Below are positions 39,002-49,506 of a DNA stretch of 64,000 nucleotides, in pieces. The notes beneath the pieces were generated by a model that made no database searches, was not told the origin of the DNA, and saw nothing but the letters and a program-made list of their open reading frames with translations. The DNA comes from Ignavibacteria bacterium. Lineage in GTDB: Bacteria > Bacteroidota > Ignavibacteria > Tepidaquicellales > OLB5. Within the stretch, counting starts at the first letter, position 1; every line of letters starts with the position of its first letter. The stretch lies in assembly GCA_019912545.1 (NCBI GenBank), contig JAIOIK010000112.1, forward strand, positions 10,038 through 74,037. Direction: 5' to 3'. A program made the position numbers and the translations under genes.

Positions 39002-39775
39002 TTGACAGAAAAAAAGATCTACCCTAAAAAATCGCTCGGACAAAATTACCTTGTTGATAATAACATCTGCAAAAGTATTGTTGATACATTTAATATACAT
39101 ACTACAGATCACGTGATCGAGATAGGGCCGGGACAGGGGGCGATCACTAAATATGTTTTAGAGCGAACAAAAAATTATACAGGCATTGAGCTGGATAGTA
39201 ACAACTTCCGATTATTGCAGCAATATTTTCCCTCAGCAGAATTTCTCAACGTGGATTTTATGGACTATCAGATAACTCATGCGTGTGATGGAAACAAAGT
39301 AAGGTTCATTGGCAATATACCATATAACATCACAACTCCAATAGTATTCAAACTTATGGATAGCAGAAACTGTATAACAGATGCACAGCTTATGATACAG
39401 GAAGAAGTTGCCCTAAGGATTGCAGCAAATCCGAACTCAAAAGAATATGGAATACCTTCGGTACTATTGCAGGCATTCAGTAAGCCTGAATTGAAGTTCA
39501 AGGTTTCAAAGAATTGTTTTTATCCAAAGCCTAAGGTAGATTCAAGAATAATTTATTTTGATTTCGGTATTTCCAAGGAAAACAACATTAAGAATATCGA
39601 ATTCTTCAGGAAATTTGTTAAAACAGCATTTTCACAGCGCAGGAAGACTTTGAGGAATTCACTTAAATCACTTGAGATAGATCTTAATGCCTCCGCCAAT
39701 GGTTTTGATTTTAACAGGAGGGCTGAAAGCCTTTCTGTTGACGAATTTATAACACTTGCTGATACATTTTGTTAA
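39002..39775 (+). CDS. rsmA: 16S rRNA (adenine1518/1519-N6)-dimethyltransferase
   Basis: KKSLGQNYLVD, VIEIGPGQGAIT, GNIPYNITTPI. TTG start. Confidence 0.88.
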   Translation: MTEKKIYPKKSLGQNYLVDNNICKSIVDTFNIHTTDHVIEIGPGQGAITKYVLERTKNYTGIELDSNNFRLLQQYFPSAEFLNVDFMDYQITHACDGNKVRFIGNIPYNITTPIVFKLMDSRNCITDAQLMIQEEVALRIAANPNSKEYGIPSVLLQAFSKPELKFKVSKNCFYPKPKVDSRIIYFDFGISKENNIKNIEFFRKFVKTAFSQRRKTLRNSLKSLEIDLNASANGFDFNRRAESLSVDEFITLADTFC

Positions 39776-42700
39776 AAGATCTGACAAAAAGAATATATTC
39801 TTCAGATAAGCTTAAGGAAGCCTGTTCAAACAACTGTGAAGATCTTTTCTTCACCGGCATCAGGGGTTCGTTAAACAGCTTCATAGTATCTGCAATTTAC
39901 GGCCCCCGAAAGAAGATAATAATTTGCTCTAATGATACAGGCAGGCTTTTCAAGCTTAAAGATGATGTAAATCTTTTACTCCATGAATATGCTGCATCAC
40001 TGTATCTGGGTGAGTTTGAAGAAGAATATGAGTCAGATATCACTCCGCTATCCACAACGCTCAAGAAACTCTCTCTTGAAGAAAGCTATATACTCTTAAC
40101 AAGCCCTGCTGCCCTTGAAAAAAGGATACTGACTGAAGAGACCTTTAAAAAGAATATCATTACCCTGAAGAAAGATAACGACCAGAGTTTCGAAGAACTC
40201 ATAGGCAAGCTTAACACGTTCAACTTCACAAAAAAAAGAATTGTTGAAGAAGAAAATGACTACGCTGTTCGCGGCGGTATAATAGATATTTACCCTGAAA
40301 ATTTGAGGCAGCCGGTAAGAGTTGAATTCTTCGGGGATACTATTGAATCAATAAGGGAATTTGATCTTACAACTCAGCGCTCGATCTCACAATTGGAAGT
40401 GGCAGAGATACTTCCTTCTATTGATACAGCCGAAGAGCTTCAAGGCTCAACGGAAAGACTGATCGATTATATCAAACCCGAAACCTTATTTCTGCTGGAT
40501 GAACCCGACCTGATAATGCATGAGCATGAAAGTATATATAGATCAATTTTTAATTTCCCAAGATCTTATTTTTCAGGGTTTCCGCTGGTTAAGTCTGAAT
40601 CATTAACAATTGAACAAAAAAAGCGTATCAAAGAAATTGTATTCGATTCAAAGTCACAGCCTGCCTTCAGGTCAAATACCAAATTGCTTTCAGAAAACCT
40701 TAAAGAGCTTACCACAGAGAACTTTAATATTTATTTTGCCTGCACCGATGATTACCAGGTAAAGCGTACAAGTGAACTGATCGAAGATCTGACAGGTGAG
40801 GAAATTTCGCGCAGAATAAAATACATCGATAGCTCATTACACGAAGGATTTGTGCTACCTTCAGAAAAGATCGCTGTTTACACCGAGCATGAAGTTTTCG
40901 GAAGGTATTTCCGACCTGCAAAAAGAAAACGCAAATTCAGCGGTATTACATTTAAAGAGCTTGCATCGGTAAATTACGGGGATTTCATGGTTCATCAAAA
41001 TTACGGGATCGGGAAATATGCCGGATTAAGAAAGATCACAACGGGCGGAATGGAGCAGGAAGCAGTAAAGCTCTTATATAAAGATAACGATACTGTATTT
41101 GTTAACCTGAATTCGATCAATCTTATAAAGAAGTATTCCGCCCAGGAAGGCGTTACTCCAAAACTCAACAAACTTGGCGGCAGTGAGTGGGAAAAGATCA
41201 AACAGCGCACAAAGAAGAAGATTCAGGATATTGCCAAAGACCTTATCCTGCTGTACTCAAAAAGAAAATCACTTAAAGGGTTTAGATTCTCCCCAGACTC
41301 TATTTGGCAGAAAGAGCTTGAAGCGAGCTTTATTTATGAGGATACCCCTGACCAGATCTCAGCGACCGAAGCGGTCAAGAGCGATATGGAAACCGAGCAC
41401 CCGATGGATAGGCTTGTATGCGGCGATGTAGGGTTCGGGAAAACAGAGGTAGCAGTCCGAGCGGCATTTAAAGCAGTTTCTGATAATAAACAGGTTGGAG
41501 TGCTTGTGCCAACAACAATTCTTGCAGAACAGCATTATAATACTTTCAAAGACAGGCTTTCTAACTGGGCTGTTGAAGTTGACCATTTATCACGCTTCAA
41601 ATCCAAAAAGGAACAAAAGGTAATACTTGAAAAGCTGGATAAGGGGAGCATCAACATTATTATCGGCACTCACAGGCTGCTTTCGAAAGATGTTAAATTT
41701 AAGGATCTTGGCCTGCTGATAGTTGATGAAGAGCAGAGATTTGGCGTAAAAGCAAAAGAAAAACTTAAGTTCATGCGCGAAAATGTTGATGTGCTAACAC
41801 TCACTGCTACGCCAATTCCGCGCACACTGAATTTTTCGCTGCTTGGAGCAAGAGATCTATCTATCATTAATACACCACCAAAGAACAGACAGCCAATTCA
41901 TACGGAGATAATAAATTTCGATAGGAAAATTATTTCCGATGCTATAATTCGCGAATTGCAGCGTGGCGGCCAGGTCTATTTTGTGAATGATAAAATTGCA
42001 AAGCTGGATGAACTTGCTTCTATTATTGAAGACTTAGTGCCTTTTGCAAAAGTTGCCATCGCTCACGGCCAGATGACACCTGCACAGCTTGAAAATGTCA
42101 TGATGCGCTTCCTTGAGAAAAAATCGAACGTACTTCTTTGCACTAAAATAATTGAGTCCGGGCTGGATATACCAAGCGTGAATACCATTTTTATAAACCG
42201 CGCTGATAATTTCGGGCTGGCAGAGCTTTACCAATTAAGAGGGCGTGTAGGAAGGTCAAACCTGAAATCATTTGCATATCTCATCACTCCTCCGCAAAGC
42301 TCGTTAACCCGCCAGGCTGTACGCAGGCTCCACGCGCTTGAAGAATTTACGGAGCTTGGTTCAGGGCTCAACCTCGCTTTAAAAGACCTTGAAATACGCG
42401 GAGCAGGAAATCTGCTTGGCAAAGAGCAAAGCGGATTTATTTCCGAAATCGGATTTGATATGTATATGCAGATACTTGACGAGGCTGTTAGTGAACTTAA
42501 AGAGTCTGAGCTTGGCGCTATTATAGCCGATATTGCGCCGAGAACTAAAACCAAAACCAAAAAATTCGCTCCCGTTACGCTTGAATCAGATATTAGCATG
42601 CTTATCCCCGAAAGCTACATAGATGATGAAAATACGAGACTTGAAATTTATCAAAGACTCTCTGCTATCAAGTCATTCGAAGAACTTGGTGAAGTAACTG

Positions 42701-43038
42701 CAGAACTGGGCGACAGATTCGGCAAGCTTCCCTCGGAATTACTCTCACTAATTAAACACATCGAGATCAAACTTCGTTTATCTGAAATGGGTTTTGAAAA
42801 ACTCATCATTAATGGAAATATTGCCGAGCTTTATTTTGACGTAAATAATGAAAGTGTATTCACAAGCGGTTATTTTGAAAAAGTACTTAATTACATGAGT
42901 ACAGCGCTTAACAACACTTCACGGGTTAAGCAAAGCAAAAAATCCGTATCGATTCAGTTTAAACTCTCCCAGGCAGAAAACTCCCCTGAAAAGCTAGTAG
43001 AAATCCATAATTTCGTCCAAAATCTGGCTTCTTTATAA
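39769..43038 (+). CDS. mfd: Transcription-repair coupling factor
   Basis: 1089 aa. CarD-like HQNYGIGKY, helicase motifs GDVGFGKTEVA and DEEQRFG, and a TRG region. TTG start overlaps the rsmA stop. Confidence 0.9.
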   Translation: MLKDLTKRIYSSDKLKEACSNNCEDLFFTGIRGSLNSFIVSAIYGPRKKIIICSNDTGRLFKLKDDVNLLLHEYAASLYLGEFEEEYESDITPLSTTLKKLSLEESYILLTSPAALEKRILTEETFKKNIITLKKDNDQSFEELIGKLNTFNFTKKRIVEEENDYAVRGGIIDIYPENLRQPVRVEFFGDTIESIREFDLTTQRSISQLEVAEILPSIDTAEELQGSTERLIDYIKPETLFLLDEPDLIMHEHESIYRSIFNFPRSYFSGFPLVKSESLTIEQKKRIKEIVFDSKSQPAFRSNTKLLSENLKELTTENFNIYFACTDDYQVKRTSELIEDLTGEEISRRIKYIDSSLHEGFVLPSEKIAVYTEHEVFGRYFRPAKRKRKFSGITFKELASVNYGDFMVHQNYGIGKYAGLRKITTGGMEQEAVKLLYKDNDTVFVNLNSINLIKKYSAQEGVTPKLNKLGGSEWEKIKQRTKKKIQDIAKDLILLYSKRKSLKGFRFSPDSIWQKELEASFIYEDTPDQISATEAVKSDMETEHPMDRLVCGDVGFGKTEVAVRAAFKAVSDNKQVGVLVPTTILAEQHYNTFKDRLSNWAVEVDHLSRFKSKKEQKVILEKLDKGSINIIIGTHRLLSKDVKFKDLGLLIVDEEQRFGVKAKEKLKFMRENVDVLTLTATPIPRTLNFSLLGARDLSIINTPPKNRQPIHTEIINFDRKIISDAIIRELQRGGQVYFVNDKIAKLDELASIIEDLVPFAKVAIAHGQMTPAQLENVMMRFLEKKSNVLLCTKIIESGLDIPSVNTIFINRADNFGLAELYQLRGRVGRSNLKSFAYLITPPQSSLTRQAVRRLHALEEFTELGSGLNLALKDLEIRGAGNLLGKEQSGFISEIGFDMYMQILDEAVSELKESELGAIIADIAPRTKTKTKKFAPVTLESDISMLIPESYIDDENTRLEIYQRLSAIKSFEELGEVTAELGDRFGKLPSELLSLIKHIEIKLRLSEMGFEKLIINGNIAELYFDVNNESVFTSGYFEKVLNYMSTALNNTSRVKQSKKSVSIQFKLSQAENSPEKLVEIHNFVQNLASL

Positions 43039-43178
43039 ATTTACTATTGCATAATAATCTATTTTTTGATAAGTTTTGGTAATAATCAGCTTTAATAACC
43101 AATGAATACAAATCAATTAATATCCTTTTCAATATTATATAATAAATGAAAAAGCTCTATTTAAAAATATAAACTATA

Positions 43179-44801
43179 ATGATAAAAAACTTAATAATAT
43201 TATTAGCCTTGAATTGTTCTGTATTGTTCTCTCAAGTATCAACTATATGGGAGCAGCGCTATAACGGAACGGGCAACAATTATGATGAAGCAACATCGCT
43301 CTTTGTAGATGGTGCCGGAAATGTTTATACAGCCGGCGCAAGCACCGGTTCCGGTTCTGATATAGATTTTGCGGTTGTAAAATATTCCCAGGCAGGAGCA
43401 TTACTCTGGTCTGCCCGGTACAACGGCCCCGGTAATGGCGCTGATGATGCGTATCTGGTAAAAGTTGATAATGCAGGGAATGTTTATGTAAGCGGTGCAA
43501 GCACAGGCACAGGTTCAAACCTGGATTATTGTGTAGTTAAATATAATTCTTCCGGCGCTCAGCAGTGGGCGGCGCGTTATAACGGCCCGGGAAATGCAAT
43601 AGATGAAGTTTATTCTCTTCAGGTTGATAACAGCGGAAATGTTTACATTACAGGATACAGTAATGGCGGCGCGACCGGAGATGATGCCTGTACGATAAAG
43701 TATAATTCTGCAGGTGCTGAACAGTGGGTAAAGAGATTCAATGGAACTGGGAATAATGATGATTATGGTAATTCCATACAGATCGATAATTCCGGTAACA
43801 GCTACGTTACCTGTGCGGCAACCGGTACAACTACAGATCAGGATTTTGTCACAATTAAATACGACGCTTCCGGTAACCAGGTTTGGACGGTAACTTATAA
43901 CGGACCGGGCAATGGAGAAGATTTCCCGTCTTCGAATGCTATTGACGCAAGCGGAAACTTATACGTCACTGGTTACAGCATGGGAAATGGTACAGATATG
44001 GATTACTGCACGATAAAATATAATAATAGCGGGCTGCAGCAGTGGGTATCCAGATATGACGGTCCGGATGGGTACGATGAATCTTTTAACATAATTTTGG
44101 ATAATTCAGGTAATGTTTATGTGACCGGCAACAGTGCAGATATCGGTGCCGGTGATGATTATTGTACTATAAAGTATGATAACAGCGGACAGGAATTGTG
44201 GGTAGCAAGATATAATGGAGGCGGCGCAAGCAATGATTACTGCAACTGGGTTGCAGTTGACCCAACAGGGAATGTTTATGTAACAGGAATAGTTGGCGAC
44301 GGAACCGGCAACGCACAAAACTGTGTAACAATTGGATATAACTCCTCAGGCGTGCAGCAATGGCTTGTGACTTATAATGGCCCGGGTAATGAATTCGATA
44401 GCGGTAATGCTCTTGCAGTTGATAATGCGGGGAATGTGTACGTAACAGGCGGAAGTGATAATGCAAACAATACAGATTTTATTACTATCAGGTATTCTTC
44501 TACTATCGGTATTCAGCCGGTTTCAAATGAAATTCCGCAAAAATTTTCTCTGGAGCAGAATTATCCGAATCCATTTAATCCGGTGACAAAGATCAAATTC
44601 AGCATTCCAAGATCAACTTATGCCAAACTCATAGTTTATAATTCCATAGGCAAACAAGTAAGCACTTTGGCAGATCAAAATCTTAATGCAGGAGTTTATG
44701 AAACTGAGTTTGAATCAGCAGGACTCTCGAGCGGGATATATTTCTATCGGCTCATAACTTCAGAGTTTACTGAGACCAGAAAAATGATTCTCGTAAAATG
44801 A
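43179..44801 (+). CDS. T9SS-secreted SBBP-repeat beta-propeller protein
   Basis: 540 aa with eight ~54-aa repeats (W..RYNGPGN..D....V.VD..GNVYVTG......D..T.KY...G). C-terminal sorting domain QNYPNPFNPVTKIKFSIP...YFYRLITSEFTETRKMILVK. Confidence 0.8.
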   Translation: MIKNLIILLALNCSVLFSQVSTIWEQRYNGTGNNYDEATSLFVDGAGNVYTAGASTGSGSDIDFAVVKYSQAGALLWSARYNGPGNGADDAYLVKVDNAGNVYVSGASTGTGSNLDYCVVKYNSSGAQQWAARYNGPGNAIDEVYSLQVDNSGNVYITGYSNGGATGDDACTIKYNSAGAEQWVKRFNGTGNNDDYGNSIQIDNSGNSYVTCAATGTTTDQDFVTIKYDASGNQVWTVTYNGPGNGEDFPSSNAIDASGNLYVTGYSMGNGTDMDYCTIKYNNSGLQQWVSRYDGPDGYDESFNIILDNSGNVYVTGNSADIGAGDDYCTIKYDNSGQELWVARYNGGGASNDYCNWVAVDPTGNVYVTGIVGDGTGNAQNCVTIGYNSSGVQQWLVTYNGPGNEFDSGNALAVDNAGNVYVTGGSDNANNTDFITIRYSSTIGIQPVSNEIPQKFSLEQNYPNPFNPVTKIKFSIPRSTYAKLIVYNSIGKQVSTLADQNLNAGVYETEFESAGLSSGIYFYRLITSEFTETRKMILVK

Positions 44802-44819
44802 TCAAATATTTATCAATAA

Positions 44820-44981
44820 GACTTACTCGGTAGAGAAGTTGATGTTCTTTTAAACGAACAATTACAGCCGTGCACATATGAAGTGGACTGGGATGGCAGC
44901 AAATATACAAGTGGTGTGTGTTTTTTAAATATAACAACAATAACATTCAGTGAAACTAAACGGATGGTATTTGTAAAATGA
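44820..44981 (+). pseudogene. Relic 3' half of a T9SS C-terminal sorting domain (remnant of a lost cargo gene)
   Basis: Start-less frame DLLGREVDVLLNEQLQPCTYEVDWDGSKYTSGVCFLNITTITFSETKRMVFVK*. It aligns with the distal half of the neighbouring CTDs (compare DLLGREVGVLVNELKQAGTYDAKFDG...KKMLLIK at 54.1 kb). Its TGA overlaps the ATG of the next gene (ATGA). Confidence 0.7.
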
Positions 44982-46978
44982 ATAAACTATTCAAAGCTTT
45001 TTTAATAGTCTGTGTGGTACTTCTATCAGCCCAAATTTCAAACAGCCAGGATCTGAAAACCTTCAATAATGCGAACTTTCAGAAAGTACTTTTATCCGGC
45101 ATGAGCAATACATTTGCCGGGAACATAAAACATTCATACGATGTATTGAATTACAAACTGCAGTTGAACGTATATGACTGTTTCAAATCACCGTTTCCAA
45201 AAAGTTTTTCTGCTTATGAATTAATCACTCTCAGAGTCGATTCAGTTATTAATTCCATTAAACTAAACGCAATAAATAATTCACTTTTCGTTGATTCCGT
45301 AAGGCTTTTGAATTATTCTCTTCTGAATATATCTCACTCATCCAATATTCTATCTGTTGTACTCAACCGCTATTATAATCCGGGTGAGATAGTTGACTTA
45401 GAAATTTATTATAGGCATAAAAACATTTATGATTCTGCTTTTCACGTCAATAACGGGCTGGTATATACAGATTGTGAGCATCAGGGTGCCCGGAAGTGGT
45501 TCCCGTGCTGGGATAAGCCATCGGATAAAGCGACTACGGATATAACAGTGAAGGTACCTTCAAATGTATTGCTTGGTTCAAATGGCCTGCTAAGGGATTC
45601 TATCCGCTCCGGGGATACAATTTATTATCATTGGGTAAGCCGTGACCCGATGTCCACATACTTAATCACAATTGCAGGAAGCACTGATTATAATCTTGAG
45701 ATCAGATATTGGCCAAAACTATCCAATCCATTAGATAGCATTCCGATCCGGTATTATCCAAAACCGGGCGAAACATATACAAATGTGAGAGATTCCATGA
45801 ATATACTGGTTGATTTTTATTCATCCAGATTCGGAGAGTATCCGTTTGAGAAAATTGGTTTTGCAAGCTCCGATATGCAGGCGAACGGATGCATGGAAAA
45901 TCAAACCCTTATAACTATGGTTCCCGGAACATGGGTACTTTGGGGAGCTGGCCATGAATTTTCACATCATTGGTTTGGTGATCTGATTACATGCGGAACA
46001 TGGGCCGATGTTTGGCTGAACGAAGGGTTTGCAACATATTGCGAGGCCTTATGGTATGAACATCTTCTGGGGGTTAATGAGTATAAGAATGCAATGGATC
46101 TAAAGGCGCAGAGTTATTTCACGGGTAATAATGGCAGGCCTATATACAATCCTGAATGGATTGATAACGAACCCCCTAATTTGTGGACACTTCTATATTA
46201 TCCGTTGATGTACGCAAAAGGTTCCTGCGTTCTTTATATGCTTAGAAACGTATTGGGAGACAGTGTATTTTTTGATGTTATACACAGTTACGTAACCGAT
46301 ACTAATTTCACATTTAAAAATGCTGTGACAGATGATTTTACCGCAAAGATTAACCAGGTTACAGGACAGGATTATTCATGGTTCATTAATGAATGGGTAA
46401 AGCAGCCTAACCACCCTGTTTACCAGAATAATGTTTTTTTCATAAACCTGGGCGGCGGTAACTGGAGAGTTAACTTTGTTGCAAAACAAATTCAGTTAAA
46501 TACTCCTTTTCACAAAATGCCTGTTGAAATTAAGGTACATTTTACCGATTCAACCGATACTTTGCTGAATGTATTTAACAATACAAACAACCAATCATTT
46601 ACTTTTGATTTTAATAAGCAGCCTGATTCATTGAAATTTGATCCTGACGATAAAATAATTCTGAAACAGGGAACAACAACAATTGGAATTACCATGATTT
46701 CTGATGTAATACCAGAAAGGTTTTCACTCTCACAGAATTATCCCAATCCGTTCAATCCTGTAACAAAGATAAAATTCAGCATTCCGAAATCTTCACAGGT
46801 CAAGATCGTGATTTTTGATCTGTTGGGAAAAGAGATTGAAACAATTGTAGATCAGCAGTTGAATCCGGGGGAATATGAAAATGATTTTGACGGATCAAGA
46901 CTCTCAAGCGGAGTGTATTTTTATATGCTTATTGCTGATGATATTACTGAAACAAAAAAAATGTTGATGATAAAGTGA
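44978..46978 (+). CDS. T9SS-secreted M1-family zinc aminopeptidase
   Basis: GCMEN (GAMEN-like), HEFSHHWFGD-X-WLNEGFA (HExxH-X18-E), and a C-terminal NYPNPFNPVTKIKFSIP...KKMLMIK. Confidence 0.85.
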   Translation: MNKLFKAFLIVCVVLLSAQISNSQDLKTFNNANFQKVLLSGMSNTFAGNIKHSYDVLNYKLQLNVYDCFKSPFPKSFSAYELITLRVDSVINSIKLNAINNSLFVDSVRLLNYSLLNISHSSNILSVVLNRYYNPGEIVDLEIYYRHKNIYDSAFHVNNGLVYTDCEHQGARKWFPCWDKPSDKATTDITVKVPSNVLLGSNGLLRDSIRSGDTIYYHWVSRDPMSTYLITIAGSTDYNLEIRYWPKLSNPLDSIPIRYYPKPGETYTNVRDSMNILVDFYSSRFGEYPFEKIGFASSDMQANGCMENQTLITMVPGTWVLWGAGHEFSHHWFGDLITCGTWADVWLNEGFATYCEALWYEHLLGVNEYKNAMDLKAQSYFTGNNGRPIYNPEWIDNEPPNLWTLLYYPLMYAKGSCVLYMLRNVLGDSVFFDVIHSYVTDTNFTFKNAVTDDFTAKINQVTGQDYSWFINEWVKQPNHPVYQNNVFFINLGGGNWRVNFVAKQIQLNTPFHKMPVEIKVHFTDSTDTLLNVFNNTNNQSFTFDFNKQPDSLKFDPDDKIILKQGTTTIGITMISDVIPERFSLSQNYPNPFNPVTKIKFSIPKSSQVKIVIFDLLGKEIETIVDQQLNPGEYENDFDGSRLSSGVYFYMLIADDITETKKMLMIK

Positions 46979-47118
46979 GAATTACTTAAACAGAAATCCC
47001 TGCCTGCAAAATAGGAAATGAGCAGAAAGAATTTTGGTCAATATTTTGCTATGACTTTCGCAAGTTTCTTTGTCTGAAAGCATATTATACTTGCAGCCTT
47101 CCTTAAAACTTCAAACAA

Positions 47119-47157
47119 TCGCAGAATGTAATAAAAGTACATTTGCGAGTTTTTTTT
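47119..47157 (+). terminator. Rho-independent terminator about 140 nt downstream of the M1 peptidase stop
   Basis: Stem tcgcagaatgta / tacatttgcga (one bulge), loop ataaaag, then a T8 run. Confidence 0.6.
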
Positions 47158-47220
47158 AAGGAACTTTTGCATTAACCCTTTAGTTATCATTGTATCTGAC
47201 AAAAATCAAATCGCTCATTA

Positions 47221-49506
47221 ATGAAAAGAATAATTACTGTTTTACTGCTGATTCTTTCAGTTTCTATGACCCTTTCCCAGCAAAAAGGAATCTTAACGGG
47301 AATTGCAATTGATAAAAGCTCTCAGTCTTTGCTTAAGGATATCAATATCCGGGTCCTGGGTACTGAACTAACGGCAAAAACCAAAGAAGACGGCAGTTTC
47401 AGGATAACGGGAATACCTGTTGGCACTTACCAGGTAGAGTTTACATCGGTTTCATACCAGTCATTTATCCAGACAGATGTTGTCATCACTACAGGAATTG
47501 AGCGTGAGCTTGTGATTGAGCTTCAGGGGGTATCTACCGAAGAGGTTGTAATCGAAGATTCACGCTTTCAAAAACCAAATGATGTTGTTACCTCATTTAA
47601 ATCACTTACATTTGAGGAGATAAGGCGCTTTCCGGGCGGACTCGAAGATATAGGAAGAGTTATACAATCACTGCCAGGGATCTCACTAACATCTGACGGA
47701 AGAAATGATCTTGTCGTAAGGGGCGGCTCTCCTTCAGAAAATTTATTTATTGTTGATGGTTTTGAAGTGAATAATATAAATCATTTCGGTTCACAGGGTG
47801 CAACCGGCGGTCCTATAAGCATTCTTAATCTTGATTTTGTGAGGAATGTAAACTTTTTCACAGGCGGATTCAGTGCAAAATACGGAGATAAACTTTCATC
47901 TGTTGTAGAAATTGAACAAAGAGCAGGAAGCTACGAAAAATTCTTTGGCAAAATAAATTTAAGCGGAACAGGTTTCGGCGCAAATTTTGAAGGACCAATT
48001 TCAAAGAAAAACCGCTCAAGCTGGTTAATTTCAGCAAGAAGAAGTTACCTGGATCTTATCTTTAATGCTGCGGGATTTTCATTTGTGCCGGAATATACTG
48101 ACTTCCAGGCTAAAGCGGATTTTAAACTCAACAATAGAAATTTCATTGAGTTTAACTCCTTCGGCGCGCTTGATAAAGTAAGATTCAACAACGATACTGA
48201 AGAGAATAAACAAAATAACCTGACAATACTTTCAAATAATCAGAACAGTTATTCCGCAGGAATATTGTGGAAAACCCTTTTAAATAAAAATTCATTTTTG
48301 GTAACTTCTGTCGCGAGGAATTATTCTAACTATAATTTTTCACAAAGAGATAGTAACTTCACAGAAGTGTTCCGTAATGATTCCAAAGAAAGCGACATTC
48401 AGCTTAAGCTTGATTACAGCAACAGTTTAAGCAGCACCACTTTTGTTTCGTTTGGCGGAGCAGGAAAACGATTAAAGCTGAATTATAATATTGATAAAAA
48501 AGCTGATACACTATACTATATTGATCCGAATACAGGTAACAACCTGGTGTTACCAGCAGTAACTATTGTTGAAAATATCAATACCTACAAAGCATTTGTT
48601 TATGCAGAAATTGTGCAGAGTTTCATGAAAAGACTTAAGCTTACAGCAGGTTTAAGATATGATTATTTTGATCTTATAAATAAAAAAAGTTATATCTCAC
48701 CAAGGACAAGCCTTGCTATTACTATTACGCCTGTATTTTCAGTTAACCTTGCATACGGTATTTTTTACCAATCACCTTCTAACATTTGGATTGTTGGATC
48801 TCAAGCCAATAAAGATCTCCGGGATATCAGGGCTGACCATTATATTGCAGGCATTGAGTACCTTCTTGACGAAAGCACAAGGCTGACAGTTGAAGGATAT
48901 TATAAAGATTACAGGAATTACCCGGTCAGTAAAAAGAGACCTTATCTCATTTTGGCAAACAACAGCGGTTTTGAAGACCAGAATACATTTGGTCTCGAGG
49001 AACTCAGAAGTGAAGGAACAGGGAATGCAAAAGGATTTGAGATCTTCCTGCAGAAGTCATTGACAAAGAATTTCTACGGTACAGTTAGCTTTTCTTATAG
49101 TGACGTAAAGTATAAGGCTTATGACGGAATTAAAAGACGCTCTGATTGGGATAACAGGTATGTTTTAAACATAAATGGCGGGTACAAATTAGGCAAGACA
49201 TGGGAGTTGAGTGCAAAATTCCGTATTGCCGGAGGGCGTCCATATACACCGATCAATCCGGCAGATGGCAGCATTGATTATGACCTTTATAATTCAGAAA
49301 TTCTGCCCGTCTATCATAGGCTTGATGTAAGGGCAGAAAAGAGATTCATATTCAGTGCCTGGACTCTAACAACATACATAGACATACAAAATATATACAA
49401 CAAGCAGAATGTATTCAGGTATGAGTGGAATCCATTCAAGCGTGAAATTGAAACTAGTAAAAACCTTGGCATTTTACCAACAATAGGAGTTAGCGCAGAA
49501 TTTTAG
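47221..49506 (+). CDS. TonB-dependent receptor with N-terminal carboxypeptidase-regulatory-like domain
   Basis: 761 aa with a signal peptide, a CarboxypepD_reg-like segment (GIAIDKSS...GSFRITGIPVGTYQVEF), a plug (PGGLEDIGRVIQSLPGI...RGGSPSEN), and a barrel ending in GVSAEF. Confidence 0.8.
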   Translation: MKRIITVLLLILSVSMTLSQQKGILTGIAIDKSSQSLLKDINIRVLGTELTAKTKEDGSFRITGIPVGTYQVEFTSVSYQSFIQTDVVITTGIERELVIELQGVSTEEVVIEDSRFQKPNDVVTSFKSLTFEEIRRFPGGLEDIGRVIQSLPGISLTSDGRNDLVVRGGSPSENLFIVDGFEVNNINHFGSQGATGGPISILNLDFVRNVNFFTGGFSAKYGDKLSSVVEIEQRAGSYEKFFGKINLSGTGFGANFEGPISKKNRSSWLISARRSYLDLIFNAAGFSFVPEYTDFQAKADFKLNNRNFIEFNSFGALDKVRFNNDTEENKQNNLTILSNNQNSYSAGILWKTLLNKNSFLVTSVARNYSNYNFSQRDSNFTEVFRNDSKESDIQLKLDYSNSLSSTTFVSFGGAGKRLKLNYNIDKKADTLYYIDPNTGNNLVLPAVTIVENINTYKAFVYAEIVQSFMKRLKLTAGLRYDYFDLINKKSYISPRTSLAITITPVFSVNLAYGIFYQSPSNIWIVGSQANKDLRDIRADHYIAGIEYLLDESTRLTVEGYYKDYRNYPVSKKRPYLILANNSGFEDQNTFGLEELRSEGTGNAKGFEIFLQKSLTKNFYGTVSFSYSDVKYKAYDGIKRRSDWDNRYVLNINGGYKLGKTWELSAKFRIAGGRPYTPINPADGSIDYDLYNSEILPVYHRLDVRAEKRFIFSAWTLTTYIDIQNIYNKQNVFRYEWNPFKREIETSKNLGILPTIGVSAEF

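Noticed and set aside
43243-44466. Minus-strand ORFs inside the SBBP repeat gene
   Set aside because: They are antisense artefacts of a repetitive, well-supported plus-strand gene that has a signal peptide and a T9SS CTD.
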